A DNA stretch of 64,000 nucleotides, from IMG/VR virus record IMGVR_UViG_3300042344_000673, positions 2,078-66,077 of that record. The stretch is one strand, 5' to 3'. Within the stretch, counting starts at the first letter, position 1; every line of letters begins with the position of its first letter. Shown piece by piece: positions 50,254-59,814 of this stretch. The notes beneath the pieces are model-generated. The model ran no database searches and was not told where the DNA came from. It worked only from the letters and a program-made list of their open reading frames with translations. Both the position numbers and the translations under genes were made by a program. The stretch is from a virus (Duplodnaviria > Caudoviricetes).

Positions 50254-51792
50254 ATGTTAGAAATAGAAAAAAAAATATCACAACTCGAATTTAGGATTTT
50301 AGAGAATCACATAAACAAAGAGAAAGAGTTGTTACTTACAGAAATGAAAAAAATAGGGATTGAAAAACTCCCATATTCTTATTCAGCCCTCAAACAATTT
50401 ATTGACCCTGAAACAATGGATTTCCATTATAATAAACATTATAAAGGATACGTTGATAAATTAAATGATGCCTTAGCTAAGAAAAAATATGGTGATTTAG
50501 AATTAGAACAAATTATCAAATCGATAAGTAGATTTGACAAAACAATCAGAAATAATGCTGGTGGGGCATTTAACCACGCATTGTTTTGGAACATGCTGAC
50601 CCCAAACCCCAAAAAATTAACAGGAATACTTTACGAAAAAATTGTGAAGGAGTTTGGTTCATTCACCTCATTCAAGAAAAAATTCGAAACAGTAGCTAAA
50701 GACAGATTTGGTTCTGGTTGGGTATGGTTGGTTTTGACAGCAAAAAATAAACTTAAGATAATGTCTACCCCAAACCAAGATAACCCATTGATGAATGTCA
50801 TCGAAGGTGGGGGTTTTCCAATTTTAGGATTAGATTTGTGGGAACATGCTTATTATCTGAAATACAAAAACAAAAGAGATGAATATATTTCTAACTTTTG
50901 GAAAGTTGTAAATTGGGATTTTGTGACAAAACTTTATGAAATGAAGACCGAAACCAAGCTTTTGGAAACCCAAGAAATCAGAAAATTAATTAACGAATCT
51001 AAGGAGCCTAAATTTTGTAACCCTAAAGAAACAATATCTTATAAAGCAGTAATAGATAATCCAAAATTGAAAAGAATTTACCAAGACGGTATAACAAAAG
51101 TATTAAAAAAGATATTCGGTGAATTTTGGGTTGAGTCTGAAAAAGGGGAAATGTCTGGATTTTACGGTATCGAATCAGAACAAGGAAGGTCGATTTTGAA
51201 TAACTTGAATACGAATTTCAATACATTTTGTTTACTAACAAAGGCTATTAATAAAGAAATCTTGACAGAAAAACCTGATGGAAGGACCTTTGATTTTTCT
51301 CAAGAAAAAAATAGAACTTTGGAAGAAATGAATAGATTCATCAAAGTTTTAGACATTTTCAGAAAAAGAATTTTCAATAAGAACAACGAGGACTTCATAA
51401 ACATAATAAATGTTTTGAGTAAACTTTGGAAAAGAGGACAGAAGTCTGAAGATAACGCCCTGAAGAAAATGGAAGATTATTTTGGTAAAGACGTAGAAAT
51501 AGAAAAACTCGGAGCTCATGGTAGTAAAAATGATGCTTTGAAAGGTATAGACCTGAAAATCAAACTATCCGGTGATTCTTTCACTGCACAAGTGAAACCA
51601 TATTCTGTTTTTTCTGTTATCAAAGATAAAATTGAATTATTAGATACGGGTAATGTAAAACCTTACGATGTAGACTGGTTGATTTTTATTCAACCAAAAT
51701 CCAATAAAACGTTAATATTTAAGAATAAACCATTGAGTAGTGAAGGACAATACGTTTTTAACGTGGAGTCACTAATTCATGAAATTGAATAA
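50254..51792 (+). CDS. Mn/Fe superoxide dismutase fused to a C-terminal PD-(D/E)XK-like domain
   Basis: LPYSYSAL, HYNKH, FNHALFW, FGSGW, NQDNP, DLWEHAYY; C-terminal E...DALKGIDL...AQVK. Confidence 0.85.
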   Translation: MLEIEKKISQLEFRILENHINKEKELLLTEMKKIGIEKLPYSYSALKQFIDPETMDFHYNKHYKGYVDKLNDALAKKKYGDLELEQIIKSISRFDKTIRNNAGGAFNHALFWNMLTPNPKKLTGILYEKIVKEFGSFTSFKKKFETVAKDRFGSGWVWLVLTAKNKLKIMSTPNQDNPLMNVIEGGGFPILGLDLWEHAYYLKYKNKRDEYISNFWKVVNWDFVTKLYEMKTETKLLETQEIRKLINESKEPKFCNPKETISYKAVIDNPKLKRIYQDGITKVLKKIFGEFWVESEKGEMSGFYGIESEQGRSILNNLNTNFNTFCLLTKAINKEILTEKPDGRTFDFSQEKNRTLEEMNRFIKVLDIFRKRIFNKNNEDFINIINVLSKLWKRGQKSEDNALKKMEDYFGKDVEIEKLGAHGSKNDALKGIDLKIKLSGDSFTAQVKPYSVFSVIKDKIELLDTGNVKPYDVDWLIFIQPKSNKTLIFKNKPLSSEGQYVFNVESLIHEIE

Positions 51793-51810
51793 ATATTGAT
51801 ATTTATAGAT

Positions 51811-52938
51811 ATGGCAGTAATTCCAGAACCAGAAAGAACCAGAATATATACGAGAATCAAACACCTTCTCGGTGCCCCGTTAAGGAGCGTCGAATTAGAA
51901 GATGAAATGTTAGATTCCTTAATGGAACTATCCATCGGTGATTACGAAGAATACGTTCTACAATGGTTAATTGATAGTCAATGGGTTAACTTAGTAAACC
52001 TCAACATGTCTGAAAAATCAGTTGCTCAAGCTTTGATTACTAGGACCATGGATTTCGAACAACAATTTGCCTACTCATATTCTAAAATTGTGGGACTACA
52101 AACTGTGGGACCTTGGGTGTTGAAAAAAGATTATTTTATTCTCGAGGCTAACAAACAAAACTATGAAATCCCTGCTGGACGTGAAGTTAACGAATTACTT
52201 TGGTTCAGTAACCAACCTTGGACAGCATTTGGTTTAGGTGGTGTTGGCGGATTCGGATTTGGTGGAATAGGATTAGGTGCTAATGAAGCCGGATATGCTC
52301 AAATGGGATACCAAGGTTCATATTTTATGATGTCTGGTTTTGACTATTTGATTAGAATGCAAGAAGCCAATATCTTAAATAGAATTTTAGGGGGGTCATT
52401 AACATATAGAATAACGGCCCTTCCTGATGGCAAGAAGAACATTTTCTTATATAATACGCCAGGTGGAAGATTCAATTGGAGCAACTACAGTCTATACGCT
52501 GGTAAAGCAGTTTGGTATTGGTATTATGATGTAAATCCTGATAACAGAGCAGATTGTTTGAAAAATAACCCTGATGTTATTAAGTTACCAACAGATGTTC
52601 CCATCTCTGAATTATCTTGGGAGGACTTGAATGTCCCTGGTCAACAATGGGTTAGAAGATGGTTTACTGCTTATTGTAAAGAAACGTTATCTCGAGTACG
52701 AGGTAAGTACATGGGTAACTTGAAAACTCCTGATACCGAAATTCAAATGGAATATCAGAGTTTGTCAACTGAAGCAAAAGACGAAAAGGCGAAACTTTTA
52801 GAAGAACTCATCGGTGAGAACGGATGGTTGTCAAGACTTAGACCTGAGAAGGTTATGGAGCGAGAGGCATCTATAGCTGAAAACTTAAATAAACAAATGA
52901 AATTCAGAGCGTTCCCACGTCAAATTTATGTAATCTAA
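51811..52938 (+). CDS. Neck/head-tail adaptor protein (gp13-like)
   Basis: LGAPLRSVEL, WVRRWFTAYCKETLSRVRGKY; ATG at 51811 follows TATTTAT. Confidence 0.75.
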   Translation: MAVIPEPERTRIYTRIKHLLGAPLRSVELEDEMLDSLMELSIGDYEEYVLQWLIDSQWVNLVNLNMSEKSVAQALITRTMDFEQQFAYSYSKIVGLQTVGPWVLKKDYFILEANKQNYEIPAGREVNELLWFSNQPWTAFGLGGVGGFGFGGIGLGANEAGYAQMGYQGSYFMMSGFDYLIRMQEANILNRILGGSLTYRITALPDGKKNIFLYNTPGGRFNWSNYSLYAGKAVWYWYYDVNPDNRADCLKNNPDVIKLPTDVPISELSWEDLNVPGQQWVRRWFTAYCKETLSRVRGKYMGNLKTPDTEIQMEYQSLSTEAKDEKAKLLEELIGENGWLSRLRPEKVMEREASIAENLNKQMKFRAFPRQIYVI

Positions 52939-53273
52939 TGGCAATCGTAAGAAGCATACCATCAAGAAGAATTATAAACGGACATTCTATACAAACTTCC
53001 GAAATTTCTGTAGTTTCTGAACTTAATTATAAAACTAACGGAGAGTCTTGCGTTATCATCCGAGGTGTTGAAGAATCTTTCGTTGTATTAGATTCCACAA
53101 CTACTGACCACGTTGTTGTAAAAGCAATGACATACCTCACTGTCACACCTGATGTTGGAAAAATTGACGAAGAATATGATGAACTTGTTATGGACAAATT
53201 TGCCTGTGTTGAATTCAGATTTGCCAACAACAATTGGTATATTCTTTCATCAGACGGATTGAAACAATCCTAA
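52938..53273 (+). CDS. Small beta-rich protein, possible collar/fibre module
   Basis: TAATG-coupled to neck gene; 3' end overlaps the polymerase 3' end. Confidence 0.5.
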   Translation: MAIVRSIPSRRIINGHSIQTSEISVVSELNYKTNGESCVIIRGVEESFVVLDSTTTDHVVVKAMTYLTVTPDVGKIDEEYDELVMDKFACVEFRFANNNWYILSSDGLKQS

Positions 53274-56048
53274 TTTTTGTTCCCAACCATCCTCAGCTAA
53301 TTCGTAAATATAATTCGGACTTAGTCCTCTTTTTTCCCAATAAGATAACTCTTGTTCAGTTATTTGTAGAACGTCCTCTTCAAGTTTATCTTGGTCACCT
53401 TCTTCAAAGGGCATACCGTTGATTAATTCACATTGAGCGTTCGTGAATATACCACGGGATTCTGGGTCTGTTACAATTAAATTGTCTCTAACTTCTTGTT
53501 GAAAGACAACCAATAAAGGTTCGATTCTTTTGTTGAAAGTTGCGATAGCTCGAGGAACATTGTACTCACCTGTCATCTCTGGATTAGTTTCCAAAATATT
53601 AGAATTAAGCATATAACAATTAACAATTACACCATCAGAAATTGGTTTGTAATTTGGATTGAGGTTTAAGTTGTATTCGTTTGTTTCCTTAATTTGTTTA
53701 GCGGTCATTTTTTGTACATCACCTTGAGACGCCTTTTTACCATTGTTTACGTACATAATAACATCCCCAAGATTAACATTCAAACCCTCTTGTATTGCTA
53801 ATTCCATATGCGCCATACGACTCATACTATTTCCAGCCTTAGTTTTTTGTGTTAACCTTTTTTTGTAGTCATCTAAGGTTAGTTTAACTTTTGCTCGTTG
53901 GGCAATTTTAGATAATGGAACTTGTTGGTCAAATATCTTTTTCAGATACTCGTAGTAATATTCAATGAAGTTTTTACCATCACCATTCAACAAAAGTTTA
54001 ATTCCTTTGTCCAAGAATTCTTCAATATATAAAGGGAGTTTTTTTGATTTAATGGAATTGCCAGTCAACTTTATCTTTCCCTTAGCATCCATAACTGCGT
54101 AATTTTTTCTGGCAAGATTTATACAGGATGGCCATACACCATCGGTATCTAACGCCATTTCACCTCTCATGAAAATATCATTATATTCTGCCACGTCAGC
54201 GTCGGGACCAGTATATTCTTTTCCTACTTTAACTTTCCAGTTCAAACCCCGGCCAACGTAACGATGATTTTCTACTCCTTCAGGACTTGAAAAGTTTACA
54301 CCGTCCGTATCCATAACAAGTGGAACGTATCCTTTTGACATAAAGAATTTAATCATCTGTCTCAAGTACTGACGACCTGTACATGTAATTTGTTCACCCA
54401 TGTACATATCACCCCAAGCATAAACCTGTGGTGCTGACAACGCACCGAACATTGAGTTAATGAAAATCTTGATTGGAAGTTGTTTGTTTGAATATGAAGA
54501 AGAAAGTGCTGGGTCAGTTGTATAATACTCTTCGGCAAGTTGTTTATACTTAATACGAGTATCACGGAAATACTTCAACATTCCTTTCATCGCACCTGTC
54601 ACATCACACTGTGGGAATACATCGTGTACGAGCTGAATAGAGGGGTATAGAGACGAGAAGTCGAGCTTGAGTACATTCTTACTATACCCAACCTTAAGTA
54701 GTCGAGAAAGACCTCCTACGAAGTCTGTCTTGTCTTGTTTGGCCGGGATTGCTAAACCGTGTTTATATGACCATGCCAACATTAACATTTTCCAAAGGGT
54801 TGCGGTTCCCATAGTTGATACCCTTTCATATGTTGTTGGAATCATTGAAGCAAGTAGGAATGAGGCTTGATTGAACTCTTTATCCACCGCTAATGTTTCT
54901 TCCAAGTCATCGTCAAGATATCTTTCGACTAAATTATCTCCGGTCGTTTTTAAATAAATGTCTGAACGACTTTCACATATAGTGTCAATCTTAGTATCTT
55001 GTCCAACTTTGCGGTAGTTACCGTTCTGAATATTCAACCAATACTCTTCTTTTTTTTCATACATTTTTCCAATATGGCCGTGGTCAATGTAAACTCGGTC
55101 TTTGGCTTCTTTGCCAATAAATGTGGTTATGTATTTAAGTCCCGCAGCTTTGATATTCGAATTGATTGCCTGAGCTCTTCTGACTGCGTGAATAATATCA
55201 ATAACATTATACCCCCAAATTGAAGTCTGAGTATAATCCTCCACCTCATTTGCCAATTTCAATATTGATTCTTTTCTTGTGTACGAATGTTGGGGGTGAA
55301 GTGATTTTATCGACTTCCTCATATCTATTCCTAATCTCTGACCTCTCTCGAACAACCAATGCCAGTCGAAGTTTGCTGAGTTGTAACCTCCAATGATTGA
55401 AGGTTTTATTTGGTCGATAACATTAAAAAACTCGATGATTGCTCCCTTTTCTTGGGACTCGTCCAAACACTCAATGACTCTGTGAAAACCTTTGTTTGTT
55501 TTGATTCCAATCATAAAAATTCGACCATCTTTAGGGTCCAAAGCATTTGTCTCCAAGTCGAATACCAAACGTGTCACATCATCATAATCAGTATATCCTT
55601 TGAATAGCCTTTTTTCCTTTGAAACAAGATATTGTTCAACGGGGGGTAAAACCATAACTTTATCTTTGGTTTTTTCTCCCCAAGGGTCACAACCACCGTC
55701 ACGGAAAAATTGTATAAGCTCACGATATCCCTTCAGAGATTTTACCATAAAGGTTAAACCTTTCTCAAGTCTTTCGTCACCTTTAGTCTCGAGCTTATCA
55801 ATAACAATTCCATATTTTGTCATAGCCTCTTTTTGAGCCATTTTGGAGTTGTTATAGAAGTTGAGACCTCTTAGGTCACCAACCCAAGCAAAAGGGATGA
55901 ATGTATCTTTACGAATTTCTTTTCCTTTACCAGGAATTTCTTTGATTTTAAAAATGGAGTTTGAAACGTAGTCAAACTCGATAGCAACTATAAATTCTTC
56001 GGGGTCGTTTCCATGTAGGAACGACTCAATTTCTTGAGGGTCAATCAT
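53250..56048 (-). CDS. Family B DNA polymerase with 3'-5' exonuclease
   Basis: FDLET, GYNSANFD, DFSSLYPS, KIFINSMFG, MDTDG, RKNYA. Confidence 0.95.
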   Translation of the reverse strand: MIDPQEIESFLHGNDPEEFIVAIEFDYVSNSIFKIKEIPGKGKEIRKDTFIPFAWVGDLRGLNFYNNSKMAQKEAMTKYGIVIDKLETKGDERLEKGLTFMVKSLKGYRELIQFFRDGGCDPWGEKTKDKVMVLPPVEQYLVSKEKRLFKGYTDYDDVTRLVFDLETNALDPKDGRIFMIGIKTNKGFHRVIECLDESQEKGAIIEFFNVIDQIKPSIIGGYNSANFDWHWLFERGQRLGIDMRKSIKSLHPQHSYTRKESILKLANEVEDYTQTSIWGYNVIDIIHAVRRAQAINSNIKAAGLKYITTFIGKEAKDRVYIDHGHIGKMYEKKEEYWLNIQNGNYRKVGQDTKIDTICESRSDIYLKTTGDNLVERYLDDDLEETLAVDKEFNQASFLLASMIPTTYERVSTMGTATLWKMLMLAWSYKHGLAIPAKQDKTDFVGGLSRLLKVGYSKNVLKLDFSSLYPSIQLVHDVFPQCDVTGAMKGMLKYFRDTRIKYKQLAEEYYTTDPALSSSYSNKQLPIKIFINSMFGALSAPQVYAWGDMYMGEQITCTGRQYLRQMIKFFMSKGYVPLVMDTDGVNFSSPEGVENHRYVGRGLNWKVKVGKEYTGPDADVAEYNDIFMRGEMALDTDGVWPSCINLARKNYAVMDAKGKIKLTGNSIKSKKLPLYIEEFLDKGIKLLLNGDGKNFIEYYYEYLKKIFDQQVPLSKIAQRAKVKLTLDDYKKRLTQKTKAGNSMSRMAHMELAIQEGLNVNLGDVIMYVNNGKKASQGDVQKMTAKQIKETNEYNLNLNPNYKPISDGVIVNCYMLNSNILETNPEMTGEYNVPRAIATFNKRIEPLLVVFQQEVRDNLIVTDPESRGIFTNAQCELINGMPFEEGDQDKLEEDVLQITEQELSYWEKRGLSPNYIYELAEDGWEQKLGLFQSV

Positions 56049-56112
56049 ATGTTTTTACGAGTGGTTTATTGGCTTTCACACTATCGTGAAGTTCACCTTA
56101 CTCATTCCTCAA

Positions 56113-56144
56113 TAAATATAATAAAAAAAAATTACCTAATCAAA
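56113..56144 (-). promoter_or_regulatory. Promoter for DNA polymerase
   Basis: TTTG-N20-TATATTTA (TTGATT-N17-TATATT), identical spacing to the SSB promoter. Confidence 0.6.
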
Positions 56145-56145
56145 A

Positions 56146-56523
56146 TTAACAACAGGCTTGTTCGGCAATAAAACTATCCTGTATGTTTATATAAAGTTGT
56201 TCACGTATAGGTAAAATTAAATTACCTTCATCGTTTTTGATTAGAAATTGTCCTTCGTATCTCCCAGGTGTATCTGTATCCATCGAATTAAATTGGAAAT
56301 AAACGTAGTATTCTGTTGTTGCTCCGTCGGGTAATAATAAAGGCACAATGTAACAAGGAGCTCCAACAATTTTTGGAATACCTGTATAATAATCAACCAT
56401 TGAGAAAAAAATGGTTGAAACTTCTAAAGCGGCCATTAACTCCAAGTAGCCCGCTCTTCCGTCTTTAACAACCTGCATTTTGAGAACAGGCAACGTGGCA
56501 TTTTTTTTAATGTAGAATTCCAT
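56146..56523 (-). CDS. BppU N-terminal-like (fibre/baseplate anchor) domain protein
   Basis: FYIKKNATLP...YFQF...DTDTPGRYEGQF...LILP...LYINI. Confidence 0.65.
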   Translation of the reverse strand: MEFYIKKNATLPVLKMQVVKDGRAGYLELMAALEVSTIFFSMVDYYTGIPKIVGAPCYIVPLLLPDGATTEYYVYFQFNSMDTDTPGRYEGQFLIKNDEGNLILPIREQLYINIQDSFIAEQACC

Positions 56524-56539
56524 AACAATAAATATATTG

Positions 56540-58216
56540 TTATGACTCTTTACGAAGTTCCCTACTATAATGTTCGAATCTATTGTGTTCCGTTGGAGTC
56601 AACAATAAAATACCAGGTTTGATTTCTTCTTTTTTAGTGAGCTGATAGATGTGACTCATCCAAGTCTGTTCGAATGGATGTGCCCAAGTTGTATCCAAGA
56701 ACATCTTTTTATTTCCTGTTTTAGACACTATTTGAGGCCAATTACAGTAATAAACATCACCTGTCGCATACGGTACACCTTTATGAGACAAAATATTTTT
56801 GAATTCCATTTTCGGGGCATTAGGGTCCAATCCCATCTCAGGTAATCTATTTTTCCCAGGCCAAAACTTTTCTCTCACATTCTGAGGAACATTATACCAA
56901 GACCACTGAACACTGTTATCACCAAAAAACTCTGTATAATTTAATTTTATAAAGTCAAAATTTTCCTTTTTGATAATTTCTAAAGACTTAGTGTATAGGT
57001 TTGGTACTTTTCTATTGAACCCATTCCTACAAACCTCTCCGTCTTTACAGAAGAAAAACATATCGTCCTCGAAAAAAAAGTAAAAATCTAAATCTGGTTC
57101 ATCCTCAAAATGTTCCGCAATCCATTGTCTACCTCCACAAATACCTAAATTATCTTTTTTTATGTGTTCGAAGCCATATTCGTGACAAATACGAATATAA
57201 TCAAAAGTTGTTGATGTATCTGTAGAATTATCTAATAAAAACTTTTTCGTTTTTAAAATAAAGTCTTTATCGTATTCCATCATAGAATCAATCAATGTTT
57301 GGAATTGTTTTGGACTATTGAAACCTATAACATAAAGGCCAACCTTACTAATATCCAAATTTGAGACGCCTACCGTAGATGTTTCATTTTTTGGAACAAG
57401 TTTGTCATCTTTCAAATCTTCAAAAAACTTACCCACCAATCCGTTAGATTCAATTTCGAAGTAGTTTATTAAATCAGCATGTTTGTAACACATAATACTG
57501 AAAATAGATTCTTCAGTACCCATGTAACCTTCCTCTAAAGTTGATTTTAACAAACCGTAATATATTCCGTTAATGTTTGATATGGAATCTTTAGGACCAC
57601 CAAAAAATCCTCCTCTAGCAACCTTATTAACCTTAGAGCCGGCAATTGAGTTTAGTTTTGAATATTCAAATCCATGGATTTCATTTTCAGCATCATACGG
57701 GAAACAAATGAAAGAAAATTTAGAAATATATTTTGATAGTTTATCTAAAACTTTATCGTGTGTGAAATATCCCGGATGAACTGTATTTGTTAATCCACCG
57801 TCAATCCAAAATAGATATTCAGAATCAAACCTATCAAGGATTTTAGCGTCGTTAAGGAGAAACACTTTTGACATCACAAGTGGGTTGTAATTCTCCAATC
57901 TAGCTTGGGTAGAATCTTTCAACCAACCCGATAAGTTTTTCCAACTGTCCTTATTTCTAATTTCTTGAATCAATGGAAAAAATTCATTATTTCTGAACCA
58001 AGAGAGAGGTCTTTCTATAAACTGAGTATTTTTTTCAGTTCTTTTTTTAAAAACAATTTCTTTTAATTCTTTATCACCATAAATAATCATATTGACATCC
58101 ACATTGAGTAGACTGTCAAACTTATCCAAATAGTGTTGATAAGGTCTTGACCAACCTTCTGAGAGGGATTCTCGTCCGATATCCCAAATACCTGTAACAA
58201 GTGTTATATTACTCAT
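56540..58216 (-). CDS. Two-domain glycosyltransferase (HtrL/YibB-like plus GT-A domain)
   Basis: TLVTGIWDIGR, YLFWIDGG, GGFFGG, TEESI; second half NLGICGGRQW, FFEDDM. Confidence 0.75.
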   Translation of the reverse strand: MSNITLVTGIWDIGRESLSEGWSRPYQHYLDKFDSLLNVDVNMIIYGDKELKEIVFKKRTEKNTQFIERPLSWFRNNEFFPLIQEIRNKDSWKNLSGWLKDSTQARLENYNPLVMSKVFLLNDAKILDRFDSEYLFWIDGGLTNTVHPGYFTHDKVLDKLSKYISKFSFICFPYDAENEIHGFEYSKLNSIAGSKVNKVARGGFFGGPKDSISNINGIYYGLLKSTLEEGYMGTEESIFSIMCYKHADLINYFEIESNGLVGKFFEDLKDDKLVPKNETSTVGVSNLDISKVGLYVIGFNSPKQFQTLIDSMMEYDKDFILKTKKFLLDNSTDTSTTFDYIRICHEYGFEHIKKDNLGICGGRQWIAEHFEDEPDLDFYFFFEDDMFFFCKDGEVCRNGFNRKVPNLYTKSLEIIKKENFDFIKLNYTEFFGDNSVQWSWYNVPQNVREKFWPGKNRLPEMGLDPNAPKMEFKNILSHKGVPYATGDVYYCNWPQIVSKTGNKKMFLDTTWAHPFEQTWMSHIYQLTKKEEIKPGILLLTPTEHNRFEHYSRELRKES

Positions 58217-59090
58217 ATATTCTGTTAAATTCTTCTAAAATTCTATAAAAACTTTTATTTCTTTCGAAAAGTGTTGGGTCTGTTCCAGGGGGACAATTGT
58301 CAGGACACCACCAAATATCAAAATGTTTTCTCGTAAATAATTCAGGGTGATTATAATACATAAGAGTCATTATAATTTCTTCGAAATAAACCCTTTCCAC
58401 AGGACTAATTTTGAAAACATAATCTTCGAAAATTGTTACCACATTATCCCATAAATCTCTATGACCACCAAACATACCACCTATAATGTGGATGTCTCTT
58501 TGATATTTGTTATACCATTTAGGGTCTACTGTACCCGACCAAAAGTTTCTGTCATTTTCTTTACCTAATATCAAAAATTTATTTTCAGAATCAGTCACTA
58601 TATTCTTCAAGAAATCATTATTAAATAATGAACTCTCATAATATCTCCTCTGTGGATGTTGACTTCCGGTTAAATATTTGTTCGGTATCAGACCACAGTG
58701 TGACAATCCAGCATCAATCCAAAAGTAATAATCATACGATTTATCCTCATTCCACCACCAAGAAAACTTTGCCCATTGGATTTCAATACATCTATCACCT
58801 CTTTTAGCAGAATCATAGTCTTTATATTTCTCGAGAATTTCTTGGAACTTTGTTTTTTTCAAATCATAAATTTTGAATTCTAACTTTTCTTCACTGATAC
58901 CATGCTCTTGGTAGAAAAAATTTTTCAATCTTTCTATTTCTCTTTCTGAAGTATAACATAAGAAATCGGCGTCTGTCATTTTTAATAACGACAAAAGACT
59001 ATATTGATAGTGGCCTCCTCTCGAAGGTCTCCCACCTAATTCAGTTCCTGACAGGTCGCTATATATACATGTGATAAATTTAACTCTCAT
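58209..59090 (-). CDS. HtrL/YibB-like glycosyltransferase
   Basis: YYFWIDAGLSH, IIGGMFGG, FEEIIM; resembles the N-terminal half of the neighbour. Confidence 0.7.
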   Translation of the reverse strand: MRVKFITCIYSDLSGTELGGRPSRGGHYQYSLLSLLKMTDADFLCYTSEREIERLKNFFYQEHGISEEKLEFKIYDLKKTKFQEILEKYKDYDSAKRGDRCIEIQWAKFSWWWNEDKSYDYYFWIDAGLSHCGLIPNKYLTGSQHPQRRYYESSLFNNDFLKNIVTDSENKFLILGKENDRNFWSGTVDPKWYNKYQRDIHIIGGMFGGHRDLWDNVVTIFEDYVFKISPVERVYFEEIIMTLMYYNHPELFTRKHFDIWWCPDNCPPGTDPTLFERNKSFYRILEEFNRIYE

Positions 59091-59814
59091 ATCTGTAGTC
59101 CTTATGAACTTTTTGTAATTTGATGTTTTTATTTTCTTGTAAATTTAAATATTCCCTTGGAATTTTTACCGGTGAATACTGATTCCAATTATAAGTTTGG
59201 GTATAAAAATTATTATAAACTCCGCCAGAAACATCTGACCAGTCACTAATTTGAGGACCAATTGGTAAAATTGGAACATAGCTCTGATAAACAGAGGTCA
59301 CATTTTGATAAATGAAATCATCAATAGCGTAGTATCCAATTTTCGATGGTTCCTCGATTTCTAAAACCTTGTCATAAATGGACTCGTGGTACATTATCAT
59401 GTTTGTTGCGAATATACCTCTATGATGTTCTTCTTTAGGAGGAAGATTAGTGGCATCCAAAAACCATTTAGAATTTGTACTTAGGTTTATTGGACGATTA
59501 ATCGTTGGTGCTAAATTTATAACCGCAAATTCAATCCCTGATGATTCCGTTTCAATTTGTTGAACTAAAGACTTTGCGTAAGGCATGATTGTACAATCAT
59601 CCTCGATAACTAGAACCTTTTTATACCCACGGGCTTTAGCCAATTTTATTATTTCCAAATGAGATTTTGTACAACCCACATGATTATTTAAATCGATTGC
59701 GGGAAAATACTCGTAGTCCCAACCGATATATTCCATTTCTTTTTTTATCGATTCAAACCTATCTTTTCTTCTTTCTAAATTAACAACAAATTTCGGTGCG
59801 TCTGAAAAAATCAT
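59080..59814 (-). CDS. Glycosyltransferase family 25-like
   Basis: VVNLERRKDR, GCTKSH, LVIEDD, AIDDF. Confidence 0.85.
   Translation of the reverse strand: MIFSDAPKFVVNLERRKDRFESIKKEMEYIGWDYEYFPAIDLNNHVGCTKSHLEIIKLAKARGYKKVLVIEDDCTIMPYAKSLVQQIETESSGIEFAVINLAPTINRPINLSTNSKWFLDATNLPPKEEHHRGIFATNMIMYHESIYDKVLEIEEPSKIGYYAIDDFIYQNVTSVYQSYVPILPIGPQISDWSDVSGGVYNNFYTQTYNWNQYSPVKIPREYLNLQENKNIKLQKVHKDYRYES

Noticed and set aside
17186-56048. Inteins, introns or homing endonucleases in RNR, helicase, RecA or PolB
   Set aside because: Normal lengths, contiguous motifs, no splice-junction or LAGLIDADG/HNH signatures seen
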